Of a DNA stretch of 64,000 bases, positions 28,691 to 39,371 are shown piece after piece. Within the stretch, counting starts at the first letter, position 1. Each line of letters begins with the position of its first letter. The stretch lies in NCBI GenBank assembly GCA_019359355.1, contig JAHHHM010000015.1, positions 109,147-173,146 of the forward strand. Direction: 5' to 3'. The stretch is from Microcoleus vaginatus WJT46-NPBG5. GTDB lineage: Bacteria; Cyanobacteriota; Cyanobacteriia; Cyanobacteriales; Oscillatoriaceae. The notes under the pieces are model-generated. The model ran no database searches. It saw only the letters and a list, made by a program, of their open reading frames with translations, and was not told where the DNA came from. Made by a program: the position numbers and the translations under genes.

Positions 28691-30250
28691 TTACAAGGTT
28701 TCCACCGGCACGTTAGCGCGAATCGGAATTTCAACCACAAATTCAGCTCCCTGATTGGGTTTCGAGACGCACTTCAAAATGCCGCCATGTTTTTCAACAA
28801 TAATTTGGTAGGAAATCGAAAGTCCTAAGCCAGTGCCGGCACCCACAGGTTTCGTCGTAAAAAACGGATCAAACAGCTTATTTTGATGGGACAAAGGAAT
28901 ACCTGGCCCATTGTCAGCAATGCGAATAATAACTGTAGACTTAGAACTAAGTGAAGTAGAAATTGAGATCGTTCGTGGAGACGGCTGCTTTTCCAAAGCA
29001 TCAATCGCGTTAGAGATAAGATTCATAAACACTTGATTAAGCTGGCCGGCATAGCAGTCAACTTTGGGCAATTCACCGAACTCTTTAATCACCGAAATCC
29101 CTGAATGACTGGCAGTGCTTTTGAGCCGGTTTTGCAAAATCATTAACGTACTGTCAATTCCTTCGTGGATATTCACCGGCTTCATTTCCGCTTGATCGAG
29201 GCGAGAGAAGTTACGCAACGATACCACAATTTCACGGATACGCTCAGCGCCGACATTCATTGAATAGATGAGTTTGGGAAAGTCTTGGCTGAGAAAGTCG
29301 ATATCAACCGCTTCACGTTCAGCGACAATTTCCGGGACAGGGTTGGGATAGTGCTCTTCATAGAGATGCAAAAGGCTAAGCAAATCCGAGGCATAGTGTT
29401 GGGCGTGAGCAAGATTGCCGGTGATAAAATTAACCGGGTTATTAATTTCATGAGCCACACCGGCAACCATTTGTCCAAGAGAAGACATCTTCTCACTCTG
29501 AACCAGTTGTGCTTGCGTTTGTTTGAGTTCGCTTAAGGTTTTTTCTAGCTGTTGCGTTTGCTCTCTTAATAGCGCTTCTGATTGGCGCAAGGCTTCCTCT
29601 GCACGGTTGCGTTCTGTAATATCACGCAAGGAAGCCAGAAATGCTCTTTGTCCTTCCCACTCAGTCTCCACAATCCGCATTTCTGCAATCAGATGTTGGC
29701 CATCTGTGCGGATCACATCGACTTGGGTTTGCACAACCCGTGTATCTTTCCTTGTGGTTTTGCCAATCCTGCGGATCGTGCCGGTGTCTATCTCACACGC
29801 TTGCCGTTCTACCACCAGCTTGCCAAAAAAGTCTTGGCCCAACAGTTCAATGGCGGTGCAGTTAAATAGCCATTCTGCTGATGAATTGGCAAAATGAACG
29901 ATGCCGCCGGTATCAACAATCACAATCGCATCTGCATTCTTATCAATAATATTTCTGAAACGAGCTTCACTGGCTCGGATTTGTTGTTTGAGTTGTTCCA
30001 CTTCTACGTGTAACCCTTGCTGTTCTTCGCAAGGCCCAAGTTTGCAAGCCGACATAGGAGGTGCTAATTGATTAATCGCAAAAGGTTGCTTGAGCAAATT
30101 CCACACATAATTGATGGCTTCATGAATTTCAGGAGCAGCATCCCTAGGAATTGTCCGAAGTGAGTCAGCCATGATCTCAGCGTTTCCCTGATGCAGGGTT
30201 GGGTTAACCGCTCTCTCGTTTCTAAATTGGTTACTGTCAGTTATAAACAT
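28691..30250 (-). CDS. PAS sensor histidine kinase, 519 aa
   Basis: PAS domain plus an H-box (VAGVAHEINNP) and an ATPase domain. It is a paralogue of the 34359 gene. Confidence 0.85.
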   Translation of the reverse strand: MFITDSNQFRNERAVNPTLHQGNAEIMADSLRTIPRDAAPEIHEAINYVWNLLKQPFAINQLAPPMSACKLGPCEEQQGLHVEVEQLKQQIRASEARFRNIIDKNADAIVIVDTGGIVHFANSSAEWLFNCTAIELLGQDFFGKLVVERQACEIDTGTIRRIGKTTRKDTRVVQTQVDVIRTDGQHLIAEMRIVETEWEGQRAFLASLRDITERNRAEEALRQSEALLREQTQQLEKTLSELKQTQAQLVQSEKMSSLGQMVAGVAHEINNPVNFITGNLAHAQHYASDLLSLLHLYEEHYPNPVPEIVAEREAVDIDFLSQDFPKLIYSMNVGAERIREIVVSLRNFSRLDQAEMKPVNIHEGIDSTLMILQNRLKSTASHSGISVIKEFGELPKVDCYAGQLNQVFMNLISNAIDALEKQPSPRTISISTSLSSKSTVIIRIADNGPGIPLSHQNKLFDPFFTTKPVGAGTGLGLSISYQIIVEKHGGILKCVSKPNQGAEFVVEIPIRANVPVETL

Positions 30251-30647
30251 ACACCACCATTCCTAGAATTCTTCAAGCTTAAAGAAATATTCTTGACACG
30301 TTTGTGTCTTATTATATATTTTTGTAATATTCAATTTTAGTATACACTTCACAAAATCATTAAGCCAATGTAACATTACTGATTTTGATCAGGTAGAAGA
30401 ATTTTTGTCCTCCAGGCAGAAAATTCTGCCTCCATCGCTGAAATTAGCAATATCTAGATGTTAACGGCTGATGATAAAAGCAGCATCAGTAAAATTTGAC
30501 AAACTTGATTTCCGTACTTGTACGGTTAAATGATTCCGTATAAGTACAGAGTTGTACTGTCAGGGGAAAGGGTGTAGTGATTGAGAAGAATCGATTTAGT
30601 CGCGCTGTCATAAAAAATATTTTAAAGCCTTTTCTCACCGGCTTAAT

Positions 30648-33600
30648 TTACCTGATGCGCTCAGGGGTTGCCTCAAGTTCCGCAACAGTTGGACTGTGCA
30701 GTGGCAGGATCACCGTAAACGTTGTGCCGGCACCCACTTCGCTTTCCAGCAGAACCTGGCCGCTGTGAGCCTCTACAGATTTTTTAACAATTGCCAGCCC
30801 CAAACCTGTGCCCGGTTGGGTGTGCAAATTGCTGCCTCGATAAAACGACTCAAAAACTCGCGGCTGATCTTCAAGGGGAATCCCAATTCCCCCATCTTGA
30901 ATGCGAAAAATAACCACAGGAGCCTTCACCGGCAAACCATAAGAATTGAGAAGTTCTTGCGCCGGCGCTTCCCATATTTCATTCTTTAATATCAATTCTT
31001 CATTCGGACAGCTTAGTTCAAAAAGGATGGGCTGTGAGGGTTCTGAATATTTGATGGCATTAGAAAGCAAGTTACTAAAAATGTGGCGTAATAACTTTTC
31101 ATCCATCCAAGCGTCCGTACAGCAACCGTAACCTCTAAACGTAATGGTGTACTGAGGGGCTACAGCGTTACTACTTTGCACATCTTCAACCATCTGCCGG
31201 CAAAACGCTTCTAGATTCAGCGGCGTAGGATGACACTCCAATTTGCCGGCATCAGATTTATCAATCAGCAGAATGTCGTTTAACATCTGCGTCATGTGTA
31301 CAGCAGCCTGTTGAATCCGTTGGATATGTTCTAAGTATTTCTGCGAAGTCTCTTGTTCCAGGTAAAACTCCAGCAGATCCGCAGATGAAAGGATCGTGCA
31401 TAAAGGCGTGCGGAACTCATGGGATGTGAGGGTGATAAACCGGGATCTCAGTTCAGAAAGTTCTTTTTCTTGCGCCAAGGCTTTATAAATTTCTTCCTCT
31501 GCCGCCTTTTGCGTTGTGATATCCGCCCAGTAACCAACAACTTCAAAAGGATTACCATCGGCATCACAAAACAGCCGCCTTTCATCGCGCATCCAGCGGT
31601 AAGAACCATCTTTACGCAAAAAGCGGTATTCATCGCTGTGATGTTTTTGCTCAAACAGCACCGCTATCGCAGCCAAGGCTGTTCCCACGTCGTCTGGATG
31701 AATGCGCTGCCGCCAAAACTTCGCATCTTCTGTGAACTCACAAGGTTGATAACCCAGCAGCCCCGTCACATTTTCGCTAATAAAGTTCGTGCCCCAGTCA
31801 GAGGAAATATTGGCACTGTAAATCACTGCGGGACTGGAAGCAAGCAAATGCTGTAGGTGCTGCTGAGTGAGCTGTAGTGCTTGCTCCATCTGTTTGCGTT
31901 TGGTGATGTCAAGTTGTGTTGTCCACAGTCGCACGAGAAAGCCATTTTCAATAATGCCGACGGCGCTTGTTAAGAAATATTTGGCATTTCCCCAAGCATC
32001 AACCTCATGGGATTCTAGCTTGTCGAGCCGGTAGCCTGAACGAATCAGGGCACGCAGTTGTTCAATATAGTGGGGGTTTATATAAGGAACGAGGTTAGCG
32101 ATTCGGATGCCTGAAATTTCGGATGCTGAGTTAAAGCCATATATTTGAGCCAGGACATCATTACACTCCGCCAGGTGAGCGTTTTGCAAAATCTGCTGAA
32201 TTTGCTCGTCTTCGCTGATTGCAACCGAGATCGCCGGCTCAAATTCAAAACAGGAAATTGCCTCGGAACTTTGAGCGACAAAGGCACGGTAGCGGTCTTC
32301 ACTTTTTCTCAGTGCTTCTTCTGATTGTTTGCGTTCCGTGATATCCGCACAAGTACCCAAAATCTGTTGGGGCACGCCGGCACTATCTCTTGTAAAAATA
32401 ACCTGCCGGCTACGAAACCAGCGCCATTCGCCATTCGCGTGCTGTAGCCGGTATTCGCCTTCAACCACATCTCCATCTTGAGCATTGATCGTTTGCCGAT
32501 GTAGTGTTTTGATAGCTGGCTGATCGTCGGGATGCAATTTTCCCCTCAGAAATTTCGCTGTCGCTGTTTCCAGGGCGGTGGTCGGATAGCCTAACAGCTC
32601 TGTGAACTGCTGGTTAATATAAATATTGTGATCTTCGATCAAGTCGTAGAGATAAACAATATGCGGTGTGGTGTCGTTAATTCGCTGAATAAAACGCTGG
32701 GAAGATTGCAAGGATGAGACGAGCAATTGACGGGAGGTAATTTCCTGTTTGAGCTGTTCGTTGGTCTTTTGCAATTGAGAGATTACTTTAGTTTTTTCGT
32801 CTGTGCGGAGTTGAACAAGTTCTTCCAGGTGATTTTGATAATTTTTTAATTGCTCTTCATAACGCTTGCGGTCTGTGATATCTGTGAAAACGGAAAAGGC
32901 TCCTTGAAATTGGCCCTCCGTGTCTAGAATCAGTGTTGAAGAGACAAGAGCACATAACTTTTGCCCATCTTTACGGGTCAATTCTAATTCATAAGAACTG
33001 CTCTCACCCCGCTGGCGTTTAGAAATTTCTTCCTGCAAACGTTCTGGATTATTTTTATGGGGAAATTGGAGAACATACCAGCCTAATATTGCAGTTGAGG
33101 AATATCCCAACATGGCTGAAAACTTCTCGTTGACGTAGGTAACGAGACCATTGGCATCGCAGATGATCAAGCCTTCGTTCATGGTTTCAACCAGCCGGCG
33201 AAAGCGTTCTTCACTTTGCCGCAGCGCTTCTTCTGTCTGCTTGCGTTTGGTGATATCAACGGAGATCCCGACGATTCCAATCGCTGCGCCCATCTGGTTT
33301 GTCAGAACGGAATCTCTAACTAATGCGACAAAGCTAGTTCCATCTTTGCGCTGTACACTAAATTCTCCTTCCCACTGGCCGGTTTCAACCAAGGAGTTGA
33401 TAATTTCTTGAGCCAGTGCTTTGTTGGTATCCAGGCATAAGATTTCAAGAACTGATTTACCGATAACTTCTGCTGCCGGCCATTGATAAAGTTGTTCAGC
33501 AAATTTATTCCAATAGATAATGTTGCCGGCATTATCAGTAGCAATAACCGCACTGCTTACTTGATCGAGCAAGGAAGCTTGCAGAAATATCAATTCTTCT

Positions 33601-34319
33601 GCCAGTTCAACTTCCGAAAGTTGTTGAGCGACTTGCGCCGGCTTCTCTTCTTTGGGCAGCGATTTTTGGGTTGCTTGTTCTTCCTCTTTTCGCGCCTTAA
33701 TGATGGCTTGAGTGTCCCAATGAACGATATCTAATAATCTATTTTCAATCAAAGAGCGGAATCGAGCGCCCTCGCTTGCTAATGTGCCGGCATTATGCTG
33801 ATTACGGGTGGGAGGTATTTGCGAGTTGCTGACGAGGCAAATGTTTTTAGGCGAGTCGCTGCGAAGTTTATCAAGGACGCGCAACAAACTTTCTTGAGTA
33901 ATTAATCCGACGAGCCGGCTTTGGACATCGATCACGGGCAAGTGACGAATCTGGTGTTCGCACAATAAGTTATATACACTTAAGTAATCTTCACTTTCTG
34001 CCGGTGAAATGACGATCGGCGAAGCATTCATCACGCGTGTAATTTTGCTGTGCCGACATTTTTCAAGCTGTTCTCTGCTAGCCAGACGCACCACATCTTG
34101 CTCTGTGAAAATCCCTAGCAAAGCCGGTATCTCTGCCGATGTTTCCATCACCAACGCGCAACTACTCTGTGTCTGGTTCATCAGAGCAATTACTTCCCCC
34201 ACTGAGGTTTGGGGATTCACAATTAAAGGGTAACGATCAATGACAGACTCGGAGTCTGACGAATCAAAAGGCGAGTTTTTCACCGGCATGGCTCCAGCTT
34301 GTGGAGTGACTGGCCACAA
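30648..34319 (-). CDS. CBS-pair plus multi-PAS sensor histidine kinase, 1223 aa
   Basis: Tandem N-terminal CBS domains, about 5 PAS domains, and a HisKA/HATPase that is nearly identical to that of the 23520 gene (ELSELRSRFITLTSHEFRTPL). Confidence 0.9.
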   Translation of the reverse strand: MWPVTPQAGAMPVKNSPFDSSDSESVIDRYPLIVNPQTSVGEVIALMNQTQSSCALVMETSAEIPALLGIFTEQDVVRLASREQLEKCRHSKITRVMNASPIVISPAESEDYLSVYNLLCEHQIRHLPVIDVQSRLVGLITQESLLRVLDKLRSDSPKNICLVSNSQIPPTRNQHNAGTLASEGARFRSLIENRLLDIVHWDTQAIIKARKEEEQATQKSLPKEEKPAQVAQQLSEVELAEELIFLQASLLDQVSSAVIATDNAGNIIYWNKFAEQLYQWPAAEVIGKSVLEILCLDTNKALAQEIINSLVETGQWEGEFSVQRKDGTSFVALVRDSVLTNQMGAAIGIVGISVDITKRKQTEEALRQSEERFRRLVETMNEGLIICDANGLVTYVNEKFSAMLGYSSTAILGWYVLQFPHKNNPERLQEEISKRQRGESSSYELELTRKDGQKLCALVSSTLILDTEGQFQGAFSVFTDITDRKRYEEQLKNYQNHLEELVQLRTDEKTKVISQLQKTNEQLKQEITSRQLLVSSLQSSQRFIQRINDTTPHIVYLYDLIEDHNIYINQQFTELLGYPTTALETATAKFLRGKLHPDDQPAIKTLHRQTINAQDGDVVEGEYRLQHANGEWRWFRSRQVIFTRDSAGVPQQILGTCADITERKQSEEALRKSEDRYRAFVAQSSEAISCFEFEPAISVAISEDEQIQQILQNAHLAECNDVLAQIYGFNSASEISGIRIANLVPYINPHYIEQLRALIRSGYRLDKLESHEVDAWGNAKYFLTSAVGIIENGFLVRLWTTQLDITKRKQMEQALQLTQQHLQHLLASSPAVIYSANISSDWGTNFISENVTGLLGYQPCEFTEDAKFWRQRIHPDDVGTALAAIAVLFEQKHHSDEYRFLRKDGSYRWMRDERRLFCDADGNPFEVVGYWADITTQKAAEEEIYKALAQEKELSELRSRFITLTSHEFRTPLCTILSSADLLEFYLEQETSQKYLEHIQRIQQAAVHMTQMLNDILLIDKSDAGKLECHPTPLNLEAFCRQMVEDVQSSNAVAPQYTITFRGYGCCTDAWMDEKLLRHIFSNLLSNAIKYSEPSQPILFELSCPNEELILKNEIWEAPAQELLNSYGLPVKAPVVIFRIQDGGIGIPLEDQPRVFESFYRGSNLHTQPGTGLGLAIVKKSVEAHSGQVLLESEVGAGTTFTVILPLHSPTVAELEATPERIR

Positions 34320-34358
34320 GTATAAAAATTGATAAATTTTACAACATTATAAAGTGGA

Positions 34359-37300
34359 TTAAATTGACGGAATTGCCGATGGGATATTCTGATCAATGGG
34401 AATTTCAATGACAAACTCTGTCCCGCCACCCGGTTGTGAAAAACAGCGTAAAACTCCCCCATGCTTCTCAACAATAATTTGGTAAGCGATGGAAAGTCCT
34501 AACCCGATGCCTTTCCCCACTGGCTTAGTTGTAAAAAAGGGATCGAAGAGTTTGCCTTGGAGTTCAAAAGGAATACCGGCACCATTATCAGCAATGCGAA
34601 TCACGATATTAGTGCTGAGTGGCTTTGAGTCCTTGTTATGAGGTTTTTGAGTTTGTAAAAGTGAGGTGTGAATGCGAATTGTAGGAAGCGAAGAAGTCTT
34701 TGCCGTGAAGCCGGAAGGGGAATTTTCGGGTTCTGCGTTCTCTTCCAAGGCGTCAATCGCATTGGTGAGGATGTTCATAAATACTTGATTTAACTGGCCG
34801 GCATGACAGTCTACGAGTGGCAGTTCACCATATTCTTTCACTATCTGAATTTTGGGTAGGGTTCCCTTTGCTCTGAGCCGGTTTTGCAAAATCATGAGGG
34901 TGCTATCAATTCCCTCATGAATATTCACAGACTTCATTTGCGCTTCATCCAATCGGCTGAAGTTACGCAAGCTCAAAACAAGATCCCGAATGCGCTCTGC
35001 ACCGGCTTTTAAAGAGGACAGCAATTTAGGTAAATCTTCTAGTAGAAAATCTAGATTGATTTCTTCGGCGTATTGGGCAATCTCATCATCTTCTCCCGCT
35101 ATCTGTCCGGCTTGGTAGCGCTGCTGGTAGCGAGACACTAACCCCAGCAAGTCGTGAATATAATCATTGGCATAGGCAACATTCCCGTAGATAAAGCTAA
35201 CGGGGTTATTCAGTTCGTGGGCAATGCCGGCCACCATCTGTCCAAGGCCCGACATTTTTTCTGTTTGAATCAGCTGGGATTGGGTTTGTTTAAGCTCTTG
35301 GAGTGTGCGCTCAAGCTGTTGAGTTTGCTGTCTTAACTGCGCTTCTGACTGGCGCAAGGCGAGTTCTGAGCGCTTACGTTCGGTGATGTCGGTATGAATG
35401 CCCACCACTCCCACCATTTCGCCGGCTTTGTTGAGAATGGCATTGGCCCGTAAGAGAATTTGCATCGTCTTGCCGGTGCGGCTTTGAGCGGTCAATTCCC
35501 CACTCCAGCAAAGACCGGCCTGCACCGCTGAAATCATAAGCTCTGCCTCAGCGAGGTTGGAGTAAATTGCGGATGGCCCACCGGCAGCGATCATTTCTTC
35601 CACTGTGTATTCAAACAGATTTAGAAATGCGCGATTGTGATAGATGGGTGTGCCGGTGGCATCGGTAATGGAGATAGCATCACTGGCACTTTCCACCGCT
35701 TGGGTCACGCGCAGCAAGGTTTCCTCCGCTTGCTTGCGTTCTGTAATATCCATTAACAAACCATCCCAGACAATATCGCCGGTGGGGGTTCGTTCCGGAC
35801 GGGATGCCGCTTGAATCCATTTGTATGAATCTCCGAGGACAAACCGGCCTTCCCACTGCCAAGGCTGTAGGGTTTGGGCGCTGCGTGCAACTGATTCTTC
35901 AAACTGCTGCCGGTCGTCGGGATGTATGCAGGCGATTAGGACAAGCGCATTTTGCTGGATTTGTTCGGGGGTTAATCCGCACAATTCGACACAACCGGCA
36001 CTAATGTAGGGAAAGGCTACAGATCCATCGGTTCGCAGCAGGAATTGGTAAATTGCCCCCGGAAGATTGGTTGCAAGTTTTTGGAACCTTGTCTCGCTGT
36101 GTTGCAAGGCTTGTAGTGCCTGTTTGTGTTCCGTGATGTTTTCAATCACGCCAATGGAAAACTGAGGTTTGCCTTGAGGATCGTGAGCAATGGAAGCATT
36201 TAGCCGGCTCCAAACGACTTGGCCATTTTTGCTGATGTAGCGCTTTTCTAGTTGAAACTGCTCTCGCTTGCCGGCAATCATTTCCCGGTGAAGTGCAAGA
36301 TCGGCGGCGAGATCGTCTGGATGGGTAAAGTCTTGGAACGTCTTGCTGTGCAGTTCTGAGGCGCTGTAACCTAACATCTGCTGCAATGCAGAATTGCTGT
36401 TGAGAATCCGTCCATCTTTGATATCAGCAATGGCAATGCCAACGGCTGCTTTCTCAAAAAGGCTGCGGAACAGTTCTTCACTTTGCTGTAAAGTTTCGGC
36501 TGCCACTGGGTTGGGCTTGCTAATGTCGCGGAAATACCAAATTCTGCCGGCAAATCTGCCATCTGGAATGAATGCCGGTGTAGAACTGCGCTCGAAAATC
36601 CGCCCATCTTTCAGGTAAATTTCATCGTGGCTAGTGTGCTCTGGATGCGCGTCGAGATACTCTAGTTTGGCGATAAATTCTTCGGGTTCTTGTAAGCTTT
36701 CAAATACCCAGTTATACAAAAGTTGGTCTTCACCGGCAGCGAGTGTGCCTTCGGGAATCTGCCACATCTGGCGGAAGCGGGTGTTATGGGAGATCACTTT
36801 GCTATTTGCCCCCACCACTAAAATTCCGTCCGGTGATGCCTCTTGTTGGGCTTTGAGCAATGAGTTACTTTGTTGCAGTGCTTGTTGTGCTTGCTGGTGT
36901 TCTCTGGTGTCCCGCAGGGTTGCCAGGTGGGCAATTTGCCCTTCCCACTCGGTTTCCACAACGCGCAGTTGAGCCAGACAAACGTTGTGCGGGGATGTTT
37001 CTCCCTTGCGGCGAATTTCTACCAATTGTGTTTGCACCATCTGGATTTCTGTGGCGCTGCTTGCGGCTGGGGGAGTGAGAATTTCTGTGGCGATCTCACT
37101 GTTTTTGGGGACAGCAACCAGGTGGTTAAAAAATTGTTCACCCACGAGTTCGGCACTGGTGCGGTTAAACAGCGCTTGTGCAGCCCGGTTGGCAAAGCAG
37201 ACGCTTCCCTGCCGGTCGATAATCACCATGCCATCAGCATTATTGACGATAAGATTGTGGAAACGCGCTTCACTTGCTTGCAATTCCCGCTTCAGCTTTT

Positions 37301-37475
37301 CCACTTCTCCTCGCTTTTGATGCTGTTCTATGACGTGACACAGGGTGAGAGCTAAGGGGTTGTTTTCTGGGGGATTTGTCGCTAGATTGTCTGAGGCTAG
37401 CGGTGCCGGTTGTTCTGGATGATTTTGCCGGCTGCCGGTTTGAGCTACGCCCCTGTCAAGGTTAGGACTTAACAT
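34359..37475 (-). CDS. Multi-PAS sensor histidine kinase, 1038 aa
   Basis: PAS repeats. The HK core is nearly identical to that of the 28691 gene (QTEKMSGLGQMVAGIAHELNNPV). Confidence 0.9.
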   Translation of the reverse strand: MLSPNLDRGVAQTGSRQNHPEQPAPLASDNLATNPPENNPLALTLCHVIEQHQKRGEVEKLKRELQASEARFHNLIVNNADGMVIIDRQGSVCFANRAAQALFNRTSAELVGEQFFNHLVAVPKNSEIATEILTPPAASSATEIQMVQTQLVEIRRKGETSPHNVCLAQLRVVETEWEGQIAHLATLRDTREHQQAQQALQQSNSLLKAQQEASPDGILVVGANSKVISHNTRFRQMWQIPEGTLAAGEDQLLYNWVFESLQEPEEFIAKLEYLDAHPEHTSHDEIYLKDGRIFERSSTPAFIPDGRFAGRIWYFRDISKPNPVAAETLQQSEELFRSLFEKAAVGIAIADIKDGRILNSNSALQQMLGYSASELHSKTFQDFTHPDDLAADLALHREMIAGKREQFQLEKRYISKNGQVVWSRLNASIAHDPQGKPQFSIGVIENITEHKQALQALQHSETRFQKLATNLPGAIYQFLLRTDGSVAFPYISAGCVELCGLTPEQIQQNALVLIACIHPDDRQQFEESVARSAQTLQPWQWEGRFVLGDSYKWIQAASRPERTPTGDIVWDGLLMDITERKQAEETLLRVTQAVESASDAISITDATGTPIYHNRAFLNLFEYTVEEMIAAGGPSAIYSNLAEAELMISAVQAGLCWSGELTAQSRTGKTMQILLRANAILNKAGEMVGVVGIHTDITERKRSELALRQSEAQLRQQTQQLERTLQELKQTQSQLIQTEKMSGLGQMVAGIAHELNNPVSFIYGNVAYANDYIHDLLGLVSRYQQRYQAGQIAGEDDEIAQYAEEINLDFLLEDLPKLLSSLKAGAERIRDLVLSLRNFSRLDEAQMKSVNIHEGIDSTLMILQNRLRAKGTLPKIQIVKEYGELPLVDCHAGQLNQVFMNILTNAIDALEENAEPENSPSGFTAKTSSLPTIRIHTSLLQTQKPHNKDSKPLSTNIVIRIADNGAGIPFELQGKLFDPFFTTKPVGKGIGLGLSIAYQIIVEKHGGVLRCFSQPGGGTEFVIEIPIDQNIPSAIPSI

Positions 37476-38331
37476 ATTTTGCCGCTCCTAGCGAGGTATT
37501 TTTATAAAAAGATTAAGTTATTAATATACTTTAATCTTTCTTTTTAAGATGTAATCTGAAAAACAGTTTAAATCGTAAATTTACTGAGGGCACCATTGAG
37601 CTTAAACTGTTCCTTTCGGAAACTGAGCAGTGTTTAAGGGTTCATAGCTGAAGCTGGCGCACTCTATTGAAATCACAAAAGATTGCCTTTCTGAAGTTTT
37701 TAAGTTGCTCAGCTTGATTCTATCTTGTAGTAGAATCGATTAACATCCGTATTCTTGAAGAGATCTCTCTACGTGAAATCACAGAAAATTTTACCTGTGA
37801 AAATACGCAATTCAAAAATATTTATTTATATCCGCTGAATCAATCAAGGTATGTCAAACCTGAGATTGGCTTGAAGTCATAAGTTGCAGCGTTTAAAACC
37901 GGCTTTGATGAAAATCAAATTCAACAGAGCTTTTCAGATTTTCGGTATTTTTTTAATCGCTCAGATGAATGCCGATAGATTTGAAGTGATTGCCCTAGCT
38001 GCTTCATTCTTTACCATTTGCTAGCCGAGAATTATCAAGTTTACCTATTTTTTTTCTAATTTCAAACAGACTGTGCCGGCTCCGAATACCGATAAGTGCT
38101 AGATAAAGCCTGTTCTAAAAATTGCACCCGCTCACTCACTCCGGCTGTCTTTGTGTTTTCTTAAGTTTGGAGTTTAGCGCTAATATTAAAGCCAGTGCTG
38201 CAAGGGCCAAATTTTTGTGCGGCGGTAATGAGAATGTACCTGTCGCCACTGCCGAGATGGTAAAGCAGATCATACCCGTTTACCTGAACAAGTTGCAGCA
38301 TTTTTTCGACAGATCATATAGAGGCACAACT

Positions 38332-38751
38332 GTGAAACACCTCCTAAAAACTTGCCGGCAAAGGATTTTAACCCGCCTGGTTTTCACCGGCATTTTACTG
38401 TTTTTTGTCGTCGGCTGTGCCGCTGTAACGCCGGAACCGGGCAATTTAGCGGATCGCGCAACCGTTCCGACTGCCCCGCTACAAACACCCAGTGCTCGCA
38501 CTTTACCGAATCCCGTTGCCGAGGCCGTTTTACAAGATGCCTCCAGCCGGTCAAATTTACCTCGTGAGCAGCTTCAAATTGCCGGCACGCAACAGCAGAG
38601 CTGGCCTGATGGCTGTTTGGGACTTGCAGAACCGGAAACTTTCTGTCCTCAGATAGTGGTTTCCGGATGGAAAGTTACGGTACAAGGAAAAGAGAAACGC
38701 TTTATTTACCGCACCGATAATAAAGGTTCTCTCGTTAAGCTAGAAAAGTAA
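38332..38751 (+). CDS. Hypothetical lipoprotein
   Basis: Signal peptide with a lipobox (LLFFVVGC) when translation starts at the GTG at 38332 (GAGG lies 6-7 nt upstream). The longest ORF runs from 38122. Confidence 0.45.
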   Translation: MKHLLKTCRQRILTRLVFTGILLFFVVGCAAVTPEPGNLADRATVPTAPLQTPSARTLPNPVAEAVLQDASSRSNLPREQLQIAGTQQQSWPDGCLGLAEPETFCPQIVVSGWKVTVQGKEKRFIYRTDNKGSLVKLEK

Positions 38752-38753
38752 GA

Positions 38754-39371
38754 ATGCAAATTCTACCGGCTCGAATATCTCAGCAACTTGCAACCGTTAA
38801 AAGACAAAGACTGCCAGTGATCCTGGCATTGCTGGCTTTCACCTTATTGGGGTGCGAGTCGGTTACAGAATGGTTGCCGGCATTACCAGAAGAATGGGGG
38901 GTGCCGGCGAGCAAACCGCAAACACCTCCTCTCGCGCCTCAGTCTGCCAGCACTGATGAAATGGAAACGCAAGTGCGCCAGGAAATTAATGCAGTCCGCG
39001 AGAAACAAGGTTTAAAGCCCTTAGAAAACCAGGAAAAGCTGGCAGAAGTCGCTCGCCAATATAGCCGGCAAATGGCGAAGGAAAACTTTTTCGCTCACGT
39101 CAGTCCTAGTGGCACAACGCTGGCTAACCGTGTCAGTTCTGCCGGTATTTTTTACTGGGTGGTGGGCGAAAATCTCTTCAAAATTACCAATGCTTCTAAA
39201 CCTGTGCCGTATGCGATAAAAGGTTGGATGGAAAGTCCGGGACATCGGGCGAATCTTTTGCGTCCCGAATACACTGAGACGGGTGTAGGAGTTTGGCGCG
39301 AAGGCAATACTTATTACATGACGCAGTTATTTATGCGTTCAGAATTTTCATACACAGATTTCCTCAGATAA
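38754..39371 (+). CDS. CAP/SCP/PR-1 domain lipoprotein
   Basis: Lipobox LLGCES. Conserved CAP-domain blocks (FAHVSPSGTTLANR...GENLF...GWMESPGHRANLL...TGVGVW). Confidence 0.7.
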   Translation: MQILPARISQQLATVKRQRLPVILALLAFTLLGCESVTEWLPALPEEWGVPASKPQTPPLAPQSASTDEMETQVRQEINAVREKQGLKPLENQEKLAEVARQYSRQMAKENFFAHVSPSGTTLANRVSSAGIFYWVVGENLFKITNASKPVPYAIKGWMESPGHRANLLRPEYTETGVGVWREGNTYYMTQLFMRSEFSYTDFLR

